A DNA stretch of 64,000 bases from Octopus bimaculoides (Eukaryota), in NCBI RefSeq assembly GCF_001194135.2, contig NC_069003.1, positions 1,183,737 to 1,247,736 of the forward strand. The letters run 5' to 3'. The notes under the pieces were generated by a model. It saw only the letters and a list, made by a program, of their open reading frames with translations, was not told the origin of the DNA and ran no database searches. This document shows, one piece after another, positions 12,868 to 26,560 of the stretch; the first letter of the stretch is position 1; each line of letters begins with the position of its first letter. The translations under genes were made by a program, and so were the position numbers.

Positions 12868-13234
12868 AGCACAAGCTCACTCAAGCGTACAATCATAGTA
12901 AGAGTGGCTGGGAGAGAGATGTGGGGAGTGTCAGAGGGAGAGAGGGAGAAAGAGTGAGGTAGAGGGGGAGTGAAGTAGAGAAGGAGGGGCAGTAAAAGAG
13001 GAGATAGATGCAGTGAAAACCTTGGCTGAGAAGAAGGAAATGCGTGGAGAGTCCCTGCCTGTGTACTTTCATTGATCGCAGCTATTAGAAACGGACTCTA
13101 CCCTCTTGGTGAAGTACATTGAGTACAGACACGTGTAGCTGTGCCTATGCATAATAGTGGTATTAAAGCAGTGTATGTTGTTATATTCGTGCACATACAT
13201 AGTAGTGTATGAGCATGTGAGTATATATGTACAC

Positions 13235-13279
<45 letters not shown>

Positions 13280-14174
13280 AATTTGAGTTGGAAAATTCCT
13301 GATCTAAAATCGTTCGTTAAAACATATATTACTGTATTTCGAGATAGACTTTTTTTCCCCAATAAAGACACACACACTATATATTCGTTCGTCACTCGTT
13401 TCTTACTGTTCTTATTCTAAATCATGTTATTCTAACACACACGGAAACGAAATGTGCCGCTGAGGAGGTCACACGTGTGTGATGAAAGATTTCCAGACGA
13501 TCGAGATGGGTTAAAATAAGATCAGTAATAAACAAGTGAAGATATATATATATATATATATATATATNNNNNNNNNNNNNNNNNNNNNNNNNNNNNNNNN
13601 NNNNNNNNNNNNNNNNNNNNNNNNNNNNNNNNNNNNNNNNNNNNNNNNNNNNNNNNNNNNNNNNNNNAACTATATTTAGAAATAATAGCTGTGGGATTCT
13701 AAGAAGTTGTTTCCAAGAATGTGTCAAAATTAATCGAAATGCAGTTTCCAGGAATGAAACAATGGAAATAATTTACAAACCGAAGCTAGTTCCATAGAAG
13801 ATGCGAATATACAGGATTACAAAAAAATGGTAAATTAATAATACACCATTGTCACTTGTCTGATAATGAACTAATAAAGGTGTGAGAATATTGCTGTCGT
13901 TGCTTAGCAACATATCACACCTGACTGAGCAGACCTATATATAAAGATTTCAGGCAAGACTTATCCCATATTTTCTGGGTATATTTTGTATATTTTTTTT
14001 TTGACATTTTAACGATAGTAAATCGAGAACCATACTACACAATGTTGACATCCTTGTTTTATATGTTAGCTATAATGGTAATTGGTTGTTATGTCTAACA
14101 AATATTATGACCACGTAGAATGTTTCTTATTTCTTTGAACTGAAACTTTTTTGCTGAATCATCCACAGTTTCGT

Positions 14175-14610
14175 TCTTTCATACAGGCAATCATTTTGCC
14201 TTATATACAGACTCCCTTCTCGCTCTTTCTAAAGGCTCCAAATTTGCTTATAAGGCAGTACTCTTTGCCTTATAAACTAATTTCATATCATAGGCACACT
14301 TGTTGCTTCATATACAGATTCCCTTGCTAATTCTCAGACATACTTTCTCGTACATATGCAGACTCACTTGCTGATTCAGACACAGAACCTCCTCGTTGAC
14401 TCATATACAAATTCTTTAGATCATAAACAGGTACTCTAGTTGGTTCACAGTAGACTTACTCGATGGATCATATTAAGACCTATTTGTTGAATCATATGCC
14501 CCCATATAGTAACTAACATGGACGCAGTTATCCCCTAGCGTAAACCGTCATGTTTGCTTATATACAGATTCACTTGTTTTCACATGTAAAGATTTCGTTG
14601 GCTCATGCAT
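14175..14610. repeat. Degenerate minisatellite, unit about 22-25 bp (consensus approximately TCATATACAGACTCACTTGTTG)
   Basis: Recognisable units at about 14200, 14308, 14353, 14401 and 14558, with decayed units between them. Confidence 0.6.
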
Positions 14611-15384
14611 CAAACTATAAATTCAGGATGCAATTGTCTGACGAGCTGATATGGTGACAGAGTTTCAATGCATGGCTAATGATGTGATGGTCTATTCTGT
14701 GGTAGTCTATTGTGAATTGTATTGTTGCAATTTCTTAGCCCAGATCAAGCAGACTTTTGATCGAAGATATTTCAGTCATGATAATCTTAGACCAGAGGAA
14801 TGAAAGTAATGTTATTCGTTATTTTGACTGTGATTCACGAGAAGTTCGACCGCCATCTCTCAAAGGTCGGGCAACTGGATCTCGGTTACATCATTAGCTC
14901 TTCTATTGTAAATGTTGCAGCTGCTATTTAGTCTCAGATCAATGCTGTCTGAACAGACCTAAGACCAAACATGTTGTCCATGCTTAGATCGTTATGCCTT
15001 TGAAGAGAAATACATCACATAATACGTTCATTTGATTCTGAAGACATTAAGCATGATTCAAGAATGATGTGACAATTAATTCACTCCATTAGAGTGACTG
15101 CGTACATTTCACCTAATTCGCTTGTCTGTTGTGACTACAAAGATTAAAACAGTATGAACCCTGTATAAGGATACTGGAGCCTCGAGATTTAAAAGGTGAG
15201 GTTTAAGAGTTTAGAGGAGAAGTGAAGTACTGCCCTCCAGAAAATAAAATAAAATGCACCCTCTCTATAAACCTAGGGGTTCTGCATTCAAAATATTTAT
15301 TATATTTTGTTAAGGGCAAAGTGGCAAGGAGGCAGATCCATTTGTACGACAGACAAAATGCGGAGCGACACTTTTCCCAATTTT

Positions 15385-15500
15385 ATGTCTTAAGTTCAAA
15401 ATACGTCGTGGTAGACTTTAGTTTTCCTCCTTACAGTGTCTATAAAATAAATACCAGTTGAAAACTTGGGTCGATATGATCAACTGGCTTTCTCCCCCCC
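15385..15500 (+). mobile_element. SINE family B, decayed partial copy
   Basis: AAGTTCAAAATACGTCGTGGTAGACTTTAG...ATAAAATAAATACCAGTTG...TGGGTCGATATGATCAACTGG. Similarly decayed B copies lie at about 16850-16955 (+), 18978-19095 (+) and 22075-22235 (-). Confidence 0.6.
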
Positions 15501-15817
15501 CCCCCCACTAATTGTTCCAATAGTAGAAAGAATCATTATTATCATTATCATTACGGAATTGTAGAAATTTACCAGCAGTGAACATTTTTCTCTCATTTAT
15601 TCTATTCTTTAATTATTCCCTTATTTGATTCTCCAACAACTTCACACCCACCGAAACCACCGTTTTCGCGCCTTGTATTCAGATATTCTTCATTTAAAGA
15701 ATGTACATGCACTTTTGGTACGATTGCTAAATGTTATTCCTTTTTTTAACATTCATTTCGTTTTGACACAAAAATATTTTCCAGTTTTATTATTGTCTTC
15801 ATTTCACTCGCTCACTT

Positions 15818-15859
<42 letters not shown>

Positions 15860-16384
15860 CCACACACTCACTCACTCACTCACTTATTTTCTGTGTCATT
15901 TTTCTCTTTCTCCTTCTGTCATGTTCTTCATCCTCTCTCTCTCTCTGTTCTCAATCTGTCTGTCTGTCTGTTTGTCTCTCTCTCTCTCTCTCCGTGTCCT
16001 TAATCTGAAGACTTGTATCTCTCATGTAATTATGTCTCTTGATTATTTTTCCATTATTATGTCATACATCCGACAACAAACTAATTGAATTTAGTTAAAA
16101 AAAAAAGCAACAACCACAAATAACAAAGTCATTAAAAGTAAAACAAACGAATAAAACTCAAATACAAACACACACGAACACCCACACCGATGCACAATAT
16201 GCTCGCCATTGTTCTCTTCATATCTCATATTATCATATCTTAGCACACACACGCACGCACACACACACACGCACACACACATATACACACAATGTCTCTA
16301 TCTTGATATGTTTGTCTTCCTCTGTTTTCTCATCTTCTCAAATTCCCTTCATCAACACTCTTCTTCTTCTTCACATATTTGTTG

Positions 16385-16416
<32 letters not shown>

Positions 16417-16730
16417 TGGATGTTATTATTTACATAGAATAATAATAATAATAATTTGAATTTAATTTCATGTTTCATAATTTTGTTTCAAAATTTTTTC
16501 AGTTTCAATCTTTGTCAATTTATTTTTCATTCTTTAATCTTGTGTATTTTTTTTTCTTATTTATTACATTATGTTATGTTTTAAGAGCCCTTGCGGCAAC
16601 TAAAGAAACAATAAGAACAACAATAATTACAACAACAACAAACACAAGAATCGGTCATAAAATCTTCTTCGTCTTTTCTTCTTTTCATAATCATCATTAT
16701 CATCATCATTAGTAGTAGCAGTAGTAGTCG

Positions 16731-16767
<37 letters not shown>

Positions 16768-16982
16768 GTTGCTGCTGCTTTTATTGTTAATATTGATAAT
16801 AACAACCAACAGATACTTTATGGCTTCGGAGAAAATGTCTCGCAGAGCTTAGTTGCAAAATATCCCTTTGTGACAGAGTTCAAATCTTGCTGTCGTTGTC
16901 TTAAAATTCATCCTTCTAGGGTCGATTTAATAAAATACCGTTTCTGTACTCGGTTCGACAAAACCCCAAATCTAAGATAGAA

Positions 16983-18535
16983 ATAATTCACCTAATTTAT
17001 ATGGATGACCTCAAAATTTATACAAGAACATATGAGAGAAAAAAGAAAAGAAAGGACTTGGGTGCTTTGAGCCAATCAGTGGCACACAGACATAAAATGT
17101 CTTATCCGGACAGTAAGATATTGGAAAGTAGTTTGTGGTAAATAAGCGCGTGGTACTAATTATGAAGACAAGCCGCCGGGTAAAGTCTGACATTATAATA
17201 TTCCCACAAGACATTAGATTTCTGTGGAATAACGAGGGATATAAACACAGATAGGAGTTCTGCAAAACGATAGGATAATAGAAAGAGAAATGTGAGAGAT
17301 AAGTTTCTAAAGAGTACAAGAGGAAAATTAAGAACGACCTGGAAAGAAAATTAAACGGACGGTATGTTATTAAAGCAATAAGAGGATATGTCAGTATTGA
17401 AATATACAGCAATCTTTCTGCAATGGACAAAGGTTCAATTGGAGATCCTAGCTGGAAGAACTAGAAAGGTACTCATAATCCACAACGCACTCCAGTCTTC
17501 GTTGAGGGTTCCGGTTGATCCGATCAACGGAACAGCCTGCTCGTGAAATTAACTTGCAAGTGGCTGAGCACTCCACAGAAACGTGTACCCTTAACGTAGG
17601 TCTCTGGGAAATTCAGCGTGACACAGTGTGACAAGGCTGGCCCTTTGAATTACAGGCACAACAGAAACAGGAAGTAAGAGTAAGAGAAAGTTGTGGTGAA
17701 AGAGTACAGCAGGGTTTGCCACCATCCCCTGCCGGAGCCTCGTGGAGCTTTTAGGTGTTTTCGCTCAATAAACACTCACAACGCCCGGTCTGGGAATCGA
17801 AACCGCGATCCTATAACCGCGAGTCCGCTGCCTTAACCACTGGGCCATTGCGCCTCCACCGACAGGTTCTAACTTCTATAAAAAGGAATAAAGAGAGGGT
17901 TATTAAACAAAGAAGTCAACATTAATGCCGCGATATTGGGATCGGAAAACTATGTTGTGCAGAGCAAAGAATACTATCAGCAGCTACAGATACACAAGAC
18001 TGATTGAAACCGTAGAATTCAAAGAGGAAAGGAAGAACATCAGAAGAAACAATTAGAAAGAAATGAAATTACATGGCCTTTTCATCCAACAGACGGTGAA
18101 TGTTGGGAGTAAAAAATGCTGGCTGTGCTTGACCGACAACAACTTAAAACGAGACACAGAATCACTAATTATAGCCGCTCAGTATCAAGCCATTAGGACA
18201 AACCTGATAAAGGCAAAGACCAATAAAGATCAGACATCAAATGTAGTGTTTGTAGAAAAGAGACGACAGTATTAATCATCGTTTGAGTGAGTGCAGTACA
18301 CTTGCACAACATGAGTGTAATGAGTACAGGCGTCACAATGTATCCAAAAACGTGCATTGGGATGTTAGCAGAAAATTGGTAGGAATACGAACCAGAGTGT
18401 ATTGTATGATATTTACAAGATCTACTGCATTAAGATTTACCTTACCATTGAAGCAAGGAGACCACATATGATTATAGAGGACAAAAAAATAATAAAAAAA
18501 CGTAAGACATTGCAATTCCTTCTGTTCTATCGAAG
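16983..18535 (+). mobile_element. Decayed R4/Dong-like (restriction-like endonuclease) non-LTR retrotransposon: RT C-terminal part, CCHC knuckle region and PD..D endonuclease region; interrupted by a SINE at 17495-17859
   Basis: Translations with stops and frameshifts: HLIYMDDLKIY (16989-17021); KEYKRKI..KLNGRYVIKAI; QWTKVQLEILAGRTRKVLIIHNAL, then after the SINE DRF*L..K..KRGLL; KLHGLFIQQT..W..L...NLKRDTESLIIAAQYQAIRTNLIKAK; SECSTLAQHE...RRHNVSKNVHWD; RPHMIIEDKK..DIAIP. This motif order is typical of R4-clade ORFs. Confidence 0.85.
17495..17859 (-). mobile_element. SINE family C (tRNA-derived head with A/B boxes), near full length, inserted into the R4-like element
   Basis: The minus strand starts GTGGAGGCGCAATGGCCCAGTGGTTAAGGCAGCGGACTCGCGGTTATAGGATCGCGGTTTCGATTCCCAGACCGGG (A box TGGCCCAGTGG, B box GGTTTCGATTCC). 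It interrupts a continuous R4-like reading frame. Confidence 0.85.
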
Positions 18536-19139
18536 ATTAATGGTAATCAAGAACGACAACGTTCACTTGAAATTCTAGGCGTCAACAAATCGTTTCGCTG
18601 GACTGCTTTGGAGGACTTTCGGCACGGAGCCCATCAATAATTTCCAGATTCCTGGTCTACAATTGCTTCTGTCGGTCATTGACGGATTGAAATGAACACT
18701 ACAGGCACGCAACTGCCATCAGCTGGTCCCGACTAATGTTCCTGGAACCTTGTGTCTGTTCGGCACGCACTTGCGCAGTACTTCCGTATTGTATAATAGG
18801 GATACGGAGAAGGCACGTGCCCTAGTTGTCAGGATAACACTTGCTGTGTGGAATTTCCAGGAGATGCTATTAAATGCCACATTTCCCGTGTGTTTGAATT
18901 TTTGTTTCTTTGTTTCTTTCATTTTCCTGTGTACATGCATTTTGTCGTAGTCATCATCATCATCATTATCATAATGAACCCTCTGAGTTCAAATTCTGCT
19001 GAGGTCGACTTCGCCTTTCGTTATGTCCACCGGGGCCCATGTAATCGATTTGTACCTTCCCCCAAAATTGCTGGCCTTGCAACAAAATATGAAACCGTTA
19101 ATAATATTATTATTGTTGGTATTATCATTATGGTTGTTG

Positions 19140-19188
<49 letters not shown>

Positions 19189-20273
19189 CATCTTTCAATT
19201 GTCTTTACATTGCTGGCCGAGTCTCCTAAAGACAGCTAGGACACAGAAACTCATAGTATACTGTAACGTACAAGTTAAGACAATCTTTTGCACTTCCTAG
19301 ATCGATGGTAAGCCAGCGATCATCCTCAACTTATCGTTGTCATCATCATCATCATCATCGTTATTAATATTATTATTAATTATTATGATTATTATTATTA
19401 TAATTAGTAGTAGTCTTAGTAGTAGTAACAGCAGCAGTATTTGTGGCGTCAATGGGGACGTGTGTGATGTTGCTGGTCCCTTCTTATAGCTGTTGACTTT
19501 TCAATTGCACCTTCTTTTCATTCAACTACAACCATTATTTCTATAAGTAGCCATTATGGCCGCAGCAACAGCAGCAGTATTAGTACAACTAGTAGTATTT
19601 GCTGTTTGACACGTCGTACATCATTATTGTTATTATTATTGTTATCATTATTGTTGTTGATATCGTTGTCGTTGTTGTTGTTGTAAATGCTGTTTTTGTC
19701 TGTTCCATTTCGTTTTATTTCGTTCCATAATATTTGCTATTATAACTAATGAATGTTAATGGGGTAAAAATAACAAAAATGAATAAATAGAAGCGACAGG
19801 CACACGCGACAAATGCATACACACACACACTCACAAACGCGCACGCACCCACACACACACACACACGCACATACATGCAAGACATTAAACACAAACGCAT
19901 AGACTCATCGACCTCCGTTTACACAAGCACAAACAAATATATACATACACACACAGACACAGTGTGACACATGTATATACACATACATTGATGTAAGCAT
20001 ACATGTATGCGGACACATGCAGAAACACACGAAGCGACAGAGATATGCCATAAACCCATAGTACAGAGATACACGCACTCACAATTACAAATATAGACAC
20101 AAGCACACACTCACGCGCACATATACACACACACACACAACGATATGCACACGGACCCATGCAAGCATACACTTTCTCCCAAACGCCTTAACATAAATGC
20201 AAATACACACACATAAACTTCCTCATCGCCATATGGAAAATACACAAAAGAGGCTAAACACAAGATATACTTA

Positions 20274-20384
<111 letters not shown>

Positions 20385-21338
20385 GCATAAGAGAAACAAG
20401 CACATACTTACACATTGAAATGAAACTAACTACACGTCCATATATACACACATTCACGTGCAAACACTCATTCAAGAAGGTATATATATATATGTGTATG
20501 CACACACACTCACACACACAAGCAGCGGCACACGCAAAGACGTACACCTACACGCACACACACACACACAGACTCAAACACACGTTCGCGCACGCGCAAA
20601 GAGGTGGGGAGTGAAATCTGTCTTCATCAAAACCAAAAATTCTCATGAAAATTTCCTTTCAGAAAATGTTGTTTACATTTTTAGCAGCGATTTTTGTTAT
20701 AAATTGAGGAATGTGTATGTATATATCGATCTACGCAATTATATGAGTATGAATACGTTTATGAGGGAGTTAGTGTGCGTAAGTTTGTGTGAGCGTGCAT
20801 GGGCGTGAATGTGTATGTGTTTTGGGCCGATGGATGTATGATTATACGCATGTATATGTGTTTGTGTGTGTGACGCATTTTCGATGTACGTGTGTGCATG
20901 CATGTAAATGATTTCGATTAATGGTATGAGAATATCTATGAGAATGTGTATAAACGGATGAGTGTATAATGCATCTTTCATAAAGCTTAGCACACAATTA
21001 ATTGGGTGCTAAAGAGTCTTGGACACCAGAAACTAAAAAATAGGAATTTATGTTTGGTAATTATTTACGTACAAAGACCATGCCTGTATTGGGTATGTGT
21101 GTGTATGAATGTATATATATATCACGTAGTCTCACCAGTTGATCCTGTCTCCTCTTAGCACCCACGAACTTCTCCACTGGTATTTCTACCTTTCTACACA
21201 CTTTTGGACTTTCTTCTGGACTTTCTACATTCCGGCTAAACCTCTCCTGCCAATGGATTACTTTGGACCCACCTATATATAGAGAGATATACACACACAC
21301 ATATATACGCATATATATCCACCTGTTCATCATCTGTG

Positions 21339-21374
<36 letters not shown>

Positions 21375-21377
21375 AAC

Positions 21378-21620
21378 AGGATTCTCCTACTTGCGTGACA
21401 TGTTGCACAGTCCTGTTGCCAGATATACACTGTTTTCCAGCTGCTACTATCTTGACCCAAGGGACCACTACCTCCTCGAGGCACCTGATGTACGCCTCTG
21501 TGTTAATTCGGAGGCCGTGTGCTAAGATGAATGGGGGCATAACTTCGCCATCACAAGTAATCACCCGAAACACTATGATGTTGACAGGATATTTGATTTT
21601 TATCATTCTCGGTACATGTT
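21378..21620 (-). mobile_element. Tc1/mariner-superfamily (maT/DD37D-like) transposase fragment
   Basis: KYPVNIIVFRVITCDGEVMPPFILAHGLRINTEAYIRCLEEVVVPWVKIVAAG, then a frameshift to YIWQQDCATCH. This matches the transposase core around the second catalytic Asp (WQQDxAxxH). No TIRs seen. Confidence 0.8.
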
Positions 21621-21653
21621 CGTATTGATACATTCGTGTGTGTAGGTGTCTTT

Positions 21654-21697
<44 letters not shown>

Positions 21698-21989
21698 TTA
21701 TTTATGTCGGTGCGTATCTGAGTGGTTGTGTGTGTGTATGTGTGCATGTATATGTGTGCACCTCTCTACGTGTGTGTGTGTGTGTGTTTTCTATGTGGAT
21801 GGATGTCTATGCTTGCGTTTGCCGATTTAAAATCTTTGACAGCTTCATTTAGTGATGCCCAAGTCAAGTAAACGCAATCTTCTGAGACATTGTTTTTGCA
21901 TTTAAATTATTTAAGATGCTTTCAGTGTCGGTTGGTCATTGGCGGCTGTCAAGAAATGCCTGCTTGGAGCCTCAAACGATAAAAATAAC

Positions 21990-22037
<48 letters not shown>

Positions 22038-24559
22038 ATAATAATAATAATAATATTAATAATTGTTTTAAATTTTTGCGCTTGGCAGCATTTTTTGAGT
22101 GGACGGGGAATTCGATTATATCGATCCCTGTACATAACAGGTACTCAGTTAAACTAGACCCAAATGATGAGAGTCAAGGTATACCTGGGTGGGATTTGTA
22201 ATCAGTACACGTAAAGTCAGAAGAAAAACCGCTCTGACTATTGTCCATCTCGGTAACATGTCTACCATCTCACCGCCTACTACTACTACTAATTATTATT
22301 ATTATTATTATTATTATTATTGTTGTAATTGTTTATCTTTTTCTTCTTCTTCTTCTTATTATTTAGTTACTTACTTAAAACAACATCTTTTAGAAGCTTG
22401 GGGGGGGGGGTTGATACGACTTTGTGGTCATATTCATTGAGAAGCGATATAATAATTTCTGAAGCCTTAGAAAATAAAATGAGAATGCGTAAATAAAAAG
22501 AAAAAAAATACAACAAAACAAATGACATCAGAATTTAACAACAGTAAAGGCTAAAACAACAACAACAACAACAACGACATTATCAAGAACGAAAAAAACA
22601 ATAGCAACAAAGAATGACAAGAAGTATAAAAGTAAAAAGACCCTAAAATTTATGTATTTCAAAGAAAAAATCCTAAACGTTAAACAAACTTACAAATAAA
22701 ACCACAACCCTACAAAGTAACCTACCAGTTACGTCCCCTTCCGCACCGCCTTCATCTCCACCGGTCCTCCTCCTGCAACCTTTTATCATCACAAACCCCC
22801 TACTCTCGACCCCTCTAAGCTACACATCTCCCTTGATCCTTCGACGATATTTAATAGTCGGAACGTTCATACTTTGCATGTCGTTGCCTTTATGTCCAAG
22901 CAAATTACTAATCAGCTGTTTGGAAGTCAAACAAAGAAGATATTGCTTAGTATCGGATTTTTATATGAAATCAATATCGTATTGCATGAAGCGATATTTT
23001 AAAGTGGGAGAGGCTTGTAAGGTGGGGGGGGGATGTTTGCCAATAGTGATGTATCTTGGCATTAATGGCAGCTGAAACAAAGATAAACAAAAAAGCAAAA
23101 TACGAATTCAATGTATAAATTTCATACATCGGAATTTTGCTTTTGTTTTGTATATCAGTTTTACTTTTGTTATAGTTATATTTTGTTGTTGATGGTATTG
23201 TTGTTGTTCATGTTGATTTATTGCTGTTTAGTTGTTGTTGTCACTGTTGTCGAACGTGTTTATTAAAAGGTCTTTATATTGGATGGATGTAAATTTTTTT
23301 CCAAATCTTCACATATTTTTATCGCCCCCTCTCTTTTTCACACTCACACTACACCCCAAAGCATGTATACACATATATGCGCATGTGTACGAGTGAGTGT
23401 GTGTATGTGTGTGAGAGTGTGTGAGTGCGTGCGTACACCTACTTATGCATGAATATTTATACTCACATAATCACACAGTGAAGTATATATATACATGCAT
23501 ATACATAGAAATATATATATATGTATATATACATATATATAGAAGCATATATGTAAGATCATATATACATATAAATATATGTGTGTGTGTGTATATGTAT
23601 GTATGCAACTATGTAGATGTTTATACACATACATGCTCATCTTCATTCTCTCACGCATACATATGCAGAGATATACATGTTTCTGCTTTTGTGTTAGTAT
23701 ATAGACACGTAGATTAGTATACATGCATGTTATGTATGTTAATTACGGTCGGATGTGTGTGTATATTTGCATTTTCATGTGGTGAATATTTTTATATTTT
23801 CAAAAATCACTTATAATCGCTTGTGAATATGTAAAAATAAAACCAAAAATACAAATAGAAAAAAAGAAAGATAAAGATTGTACAATAAATTGAAAAACAA
23901 AAGTGGGAAAAAGACTCCGAAAATGAAATGTAGTCATTTTGTGCAAAATCACGAACTAATTTGAATTCAACAAACGAAAACAAACAGAAAATCTACGCAT
24001 ACGAACGAAGAATAACAACATCAGCGACTCTTACACAAACAACTATAATGTTTGGAGATACTTAATATTAATCTTTTTTCGGGAAAAACAAAAGAAATAA
24101 TAATAATAATGATAATAATAATTATGATAATAATAATAATGTTAATGACAATAATTGTAATAGTAGTATCTGTAGTGTTAATGTTTGTAGTATACTGATT
24201 CCTAATTTAAATAAAGATATCTAAGTTAGTAGTAGCAGTAGTAGTAGTAGTAGAAGAAGAAGAGGTGGTAGTAATGATAAAGCTGATGATGATGGTGATG
24301 CCATCTTGAATGGCTCCAAGGACACAGGTGTATCGAGGAACTGCACAATATAACAGGATACAATTAATTTTGAATGGGGTCACACACAGATACATGCAGA
24401 AATCTTAATAAGAAACAACTGGTAACGAAAGAATTCTAACGAACGAAATTGTCTGTTAAGGCAGTAATGAAAATATCTTCAAGGAACCAGGATTTCCTTG
24501 ATCACTAAACACAAGATTCGTCTCCCTACTCCCGCGTCCTGGCTTAAACAGACATAAAC

Positions 24560-26350
24560 ATGACCTGTTTTCTCCAACAAAATTTACCCACTCTCGCATA
24601 CTTTTCAGCAAATTTACTGGGCTAGCGGTTGAAGCACCCTGGCACTTCCTTTTCCAAATGAAAGATGAAAATGTTGAAGAGGGTCTGGCTGAAAAGTAAT
24701 CTGTCTGTCTTTTGTAGTTTCCATCTCAGCCACCATACAACCTCTTTCCGTATGGCAACCAGACAGAGGGAAACTTTCTGCTCTTCCTGGAAAAAGGAAG
24801 GCGGCGGGGATGTGGTATTCAGGATGGAGTCGGCCAATAGCCGGATCTGGCCAGCATGCGATGAAAGCTGTCTGAGAAATCTGAAGGTAAACTGCAATTT
24901 GGTCAGTCGCAAACTAATGCAATGTACAAGAGTCAGGCAATTAACTATAATGGATGGCACAGGTGATGGTGGGTGTCTTGTACGTAACCTAAACTAAGTT
25001 CCCTTCAGGAATTAACCAGGCATTAAGCAATTTAACAGTCTGCCGTTCATTTCATCCGTCTCCGTCCCACACAAGATCATTTCAAGCACGAACTAGCCCC
25101 TTCAGGTACCCAGCGTCAAGCCCATTGACTTGTTTGGATAAGTTTTGCACTTTTTAAAATGTCCATTCCTTTGCAATGTTGTAGATCACCTTGATTTCTT
25201 TTCGAAACAGTTATGGTGATATACTCCACAATTATCAATATGACTTTCCAGGTTGCCGGTTCAAAAGATCCTGTTTCCGTTGCAGTAGCTCGGGAGCCAG
25301 TGCATATGGAAGAGAGGTGGGATACGCCCAGATAATTCTGTGAATACGCACAGATAATTCTGGTTACATATACACCTGATGCCATCCTGGGACTGTTATG
25401 CTGCAGTCTTGTTTTCAAGTCATCCCCAGGAGAATTTTCCTCGAAACTTTAGCAGACAGTTGACAACGTTTTTTTCTTTCTATTTATCTCTGCTGTAGTG
25501 CTTCCAGTGATTTCGGCAAAACTTTCCCCTTGTGTTCTCCTCTCTTTCCTTGTATGTCATCCATCAACTGCGCTGCTGTCTTTGTTCACAACAGTGAAGT
25601 TGATGAATCGTTGTGTATACACTCAATGCTTTTTCAGCGGTTGTTTTTCCTGTTTATTTGTCTGCGATTATAGTTTGTGTCTTTGTTGTTTTTGTAATCT
25701 TCCTGAGTTTTGTGTCTCTGCGTTTACTCTTGGTTATTAATCGTTAATGTGGTCTCGCTTTGGGAGTGTTGTTGGCCGCATTTGTTATAGTTAGGATAGT
25801 TGTATTGGCTTTGAACATATGAGCATAAGATTAATGCGCGAGGTGCGCAACCGTTTCTTCATACTTCTTCAACTCTTTAGTCACATGAGAAAATTTTGAA
25901 TTGCAGATGAAGGAGAAGTATATATTTGTGTATCTCTCAGCCTGTCTTTAAGTATTGCTATGCGAGAAGACAAATCTGAGTAACTTCCCGAGGGGACTCG
26001 GCACAGGGTACTCTTGTCCTTGTTGTTGTCACGGTGGTTTCTATTATTGGTTTTCTTCCTGTAATACGAGTTGCTGCCACATTAGCTGTTGCAAATGTTC
26101 GTGTTGCTGCTGCTGTTGTACGGACCTTTCGACTATGTGATAGCAGTGAGGGCTTTCATTCATCTGCATTCTTCTCCGGGCAGAAAATGCTTTAGTGGTT
26201 GGCAGAGCCATGGATTTCACATCATGATCCTCCTGTAACACTGTTAAGAAAAGGATTGTATATAGCACTTCATTCAGGCTGGGGATGGCTTCGTATCTCC
26301 CTTGATTTATTTGGATCAAGAAGTCCGTTTGGTAGCAGCGAGAGATCAGC
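24560..26350 (-). mobile_element. Decayed L1/Tx1-like LINE remnant: ORF1 zinc-knuckle region plus the ORF2 C-terminus, with no recognisable EN/RT
   Basis: At 26250-26177 the minus strand gives LNSVTGGS*CEIHGSANH*SIFCP (degenerate CX2CX4HX4C). At 24850-24580 it gives SILNTTSPPPSFFQEEQKVSLCLVAIRKEVVWWLRWKLQKTDRLLFSQTLFNIFIFHL, which resembles Tx1-type ORF2 C-termini as I recall them. Not verified by search. Confidence 0.5.
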
Positions 26351-26396
26351 AGCCGCGGGGTAATTACCAGTGGTAGTAGAAGTAACAACCGCAGGG

Positions 26397-26427
<31 letters not shown>

Positions 26428-26560
26428 CAGCAGCAATATCAGAAGCTGCAGCAACGCCGTCCAGAATACTAACAACACCAGCGCCAACGCAGCAGAGAAC
26501 TTCCAAAAATAACGACACCGCCGAAGACAATAACATTTACAACAACAACAACAACGACAT

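Noticed and set aside
17795-17859. tRNA-like sequences at SINE heads as tRNA genes
   Set aside because: They have A/B boxes but no closing acceptor stem, and they continue into repeat bodies.
21130-21270. Segment with PMDYF on the plus strand, like the Tc1/mariner NPMDYF motif, next to the maT fragment
   Set aside because: It is on the opposite strand, has only five matching residues and lacks supporting flanking motifs.
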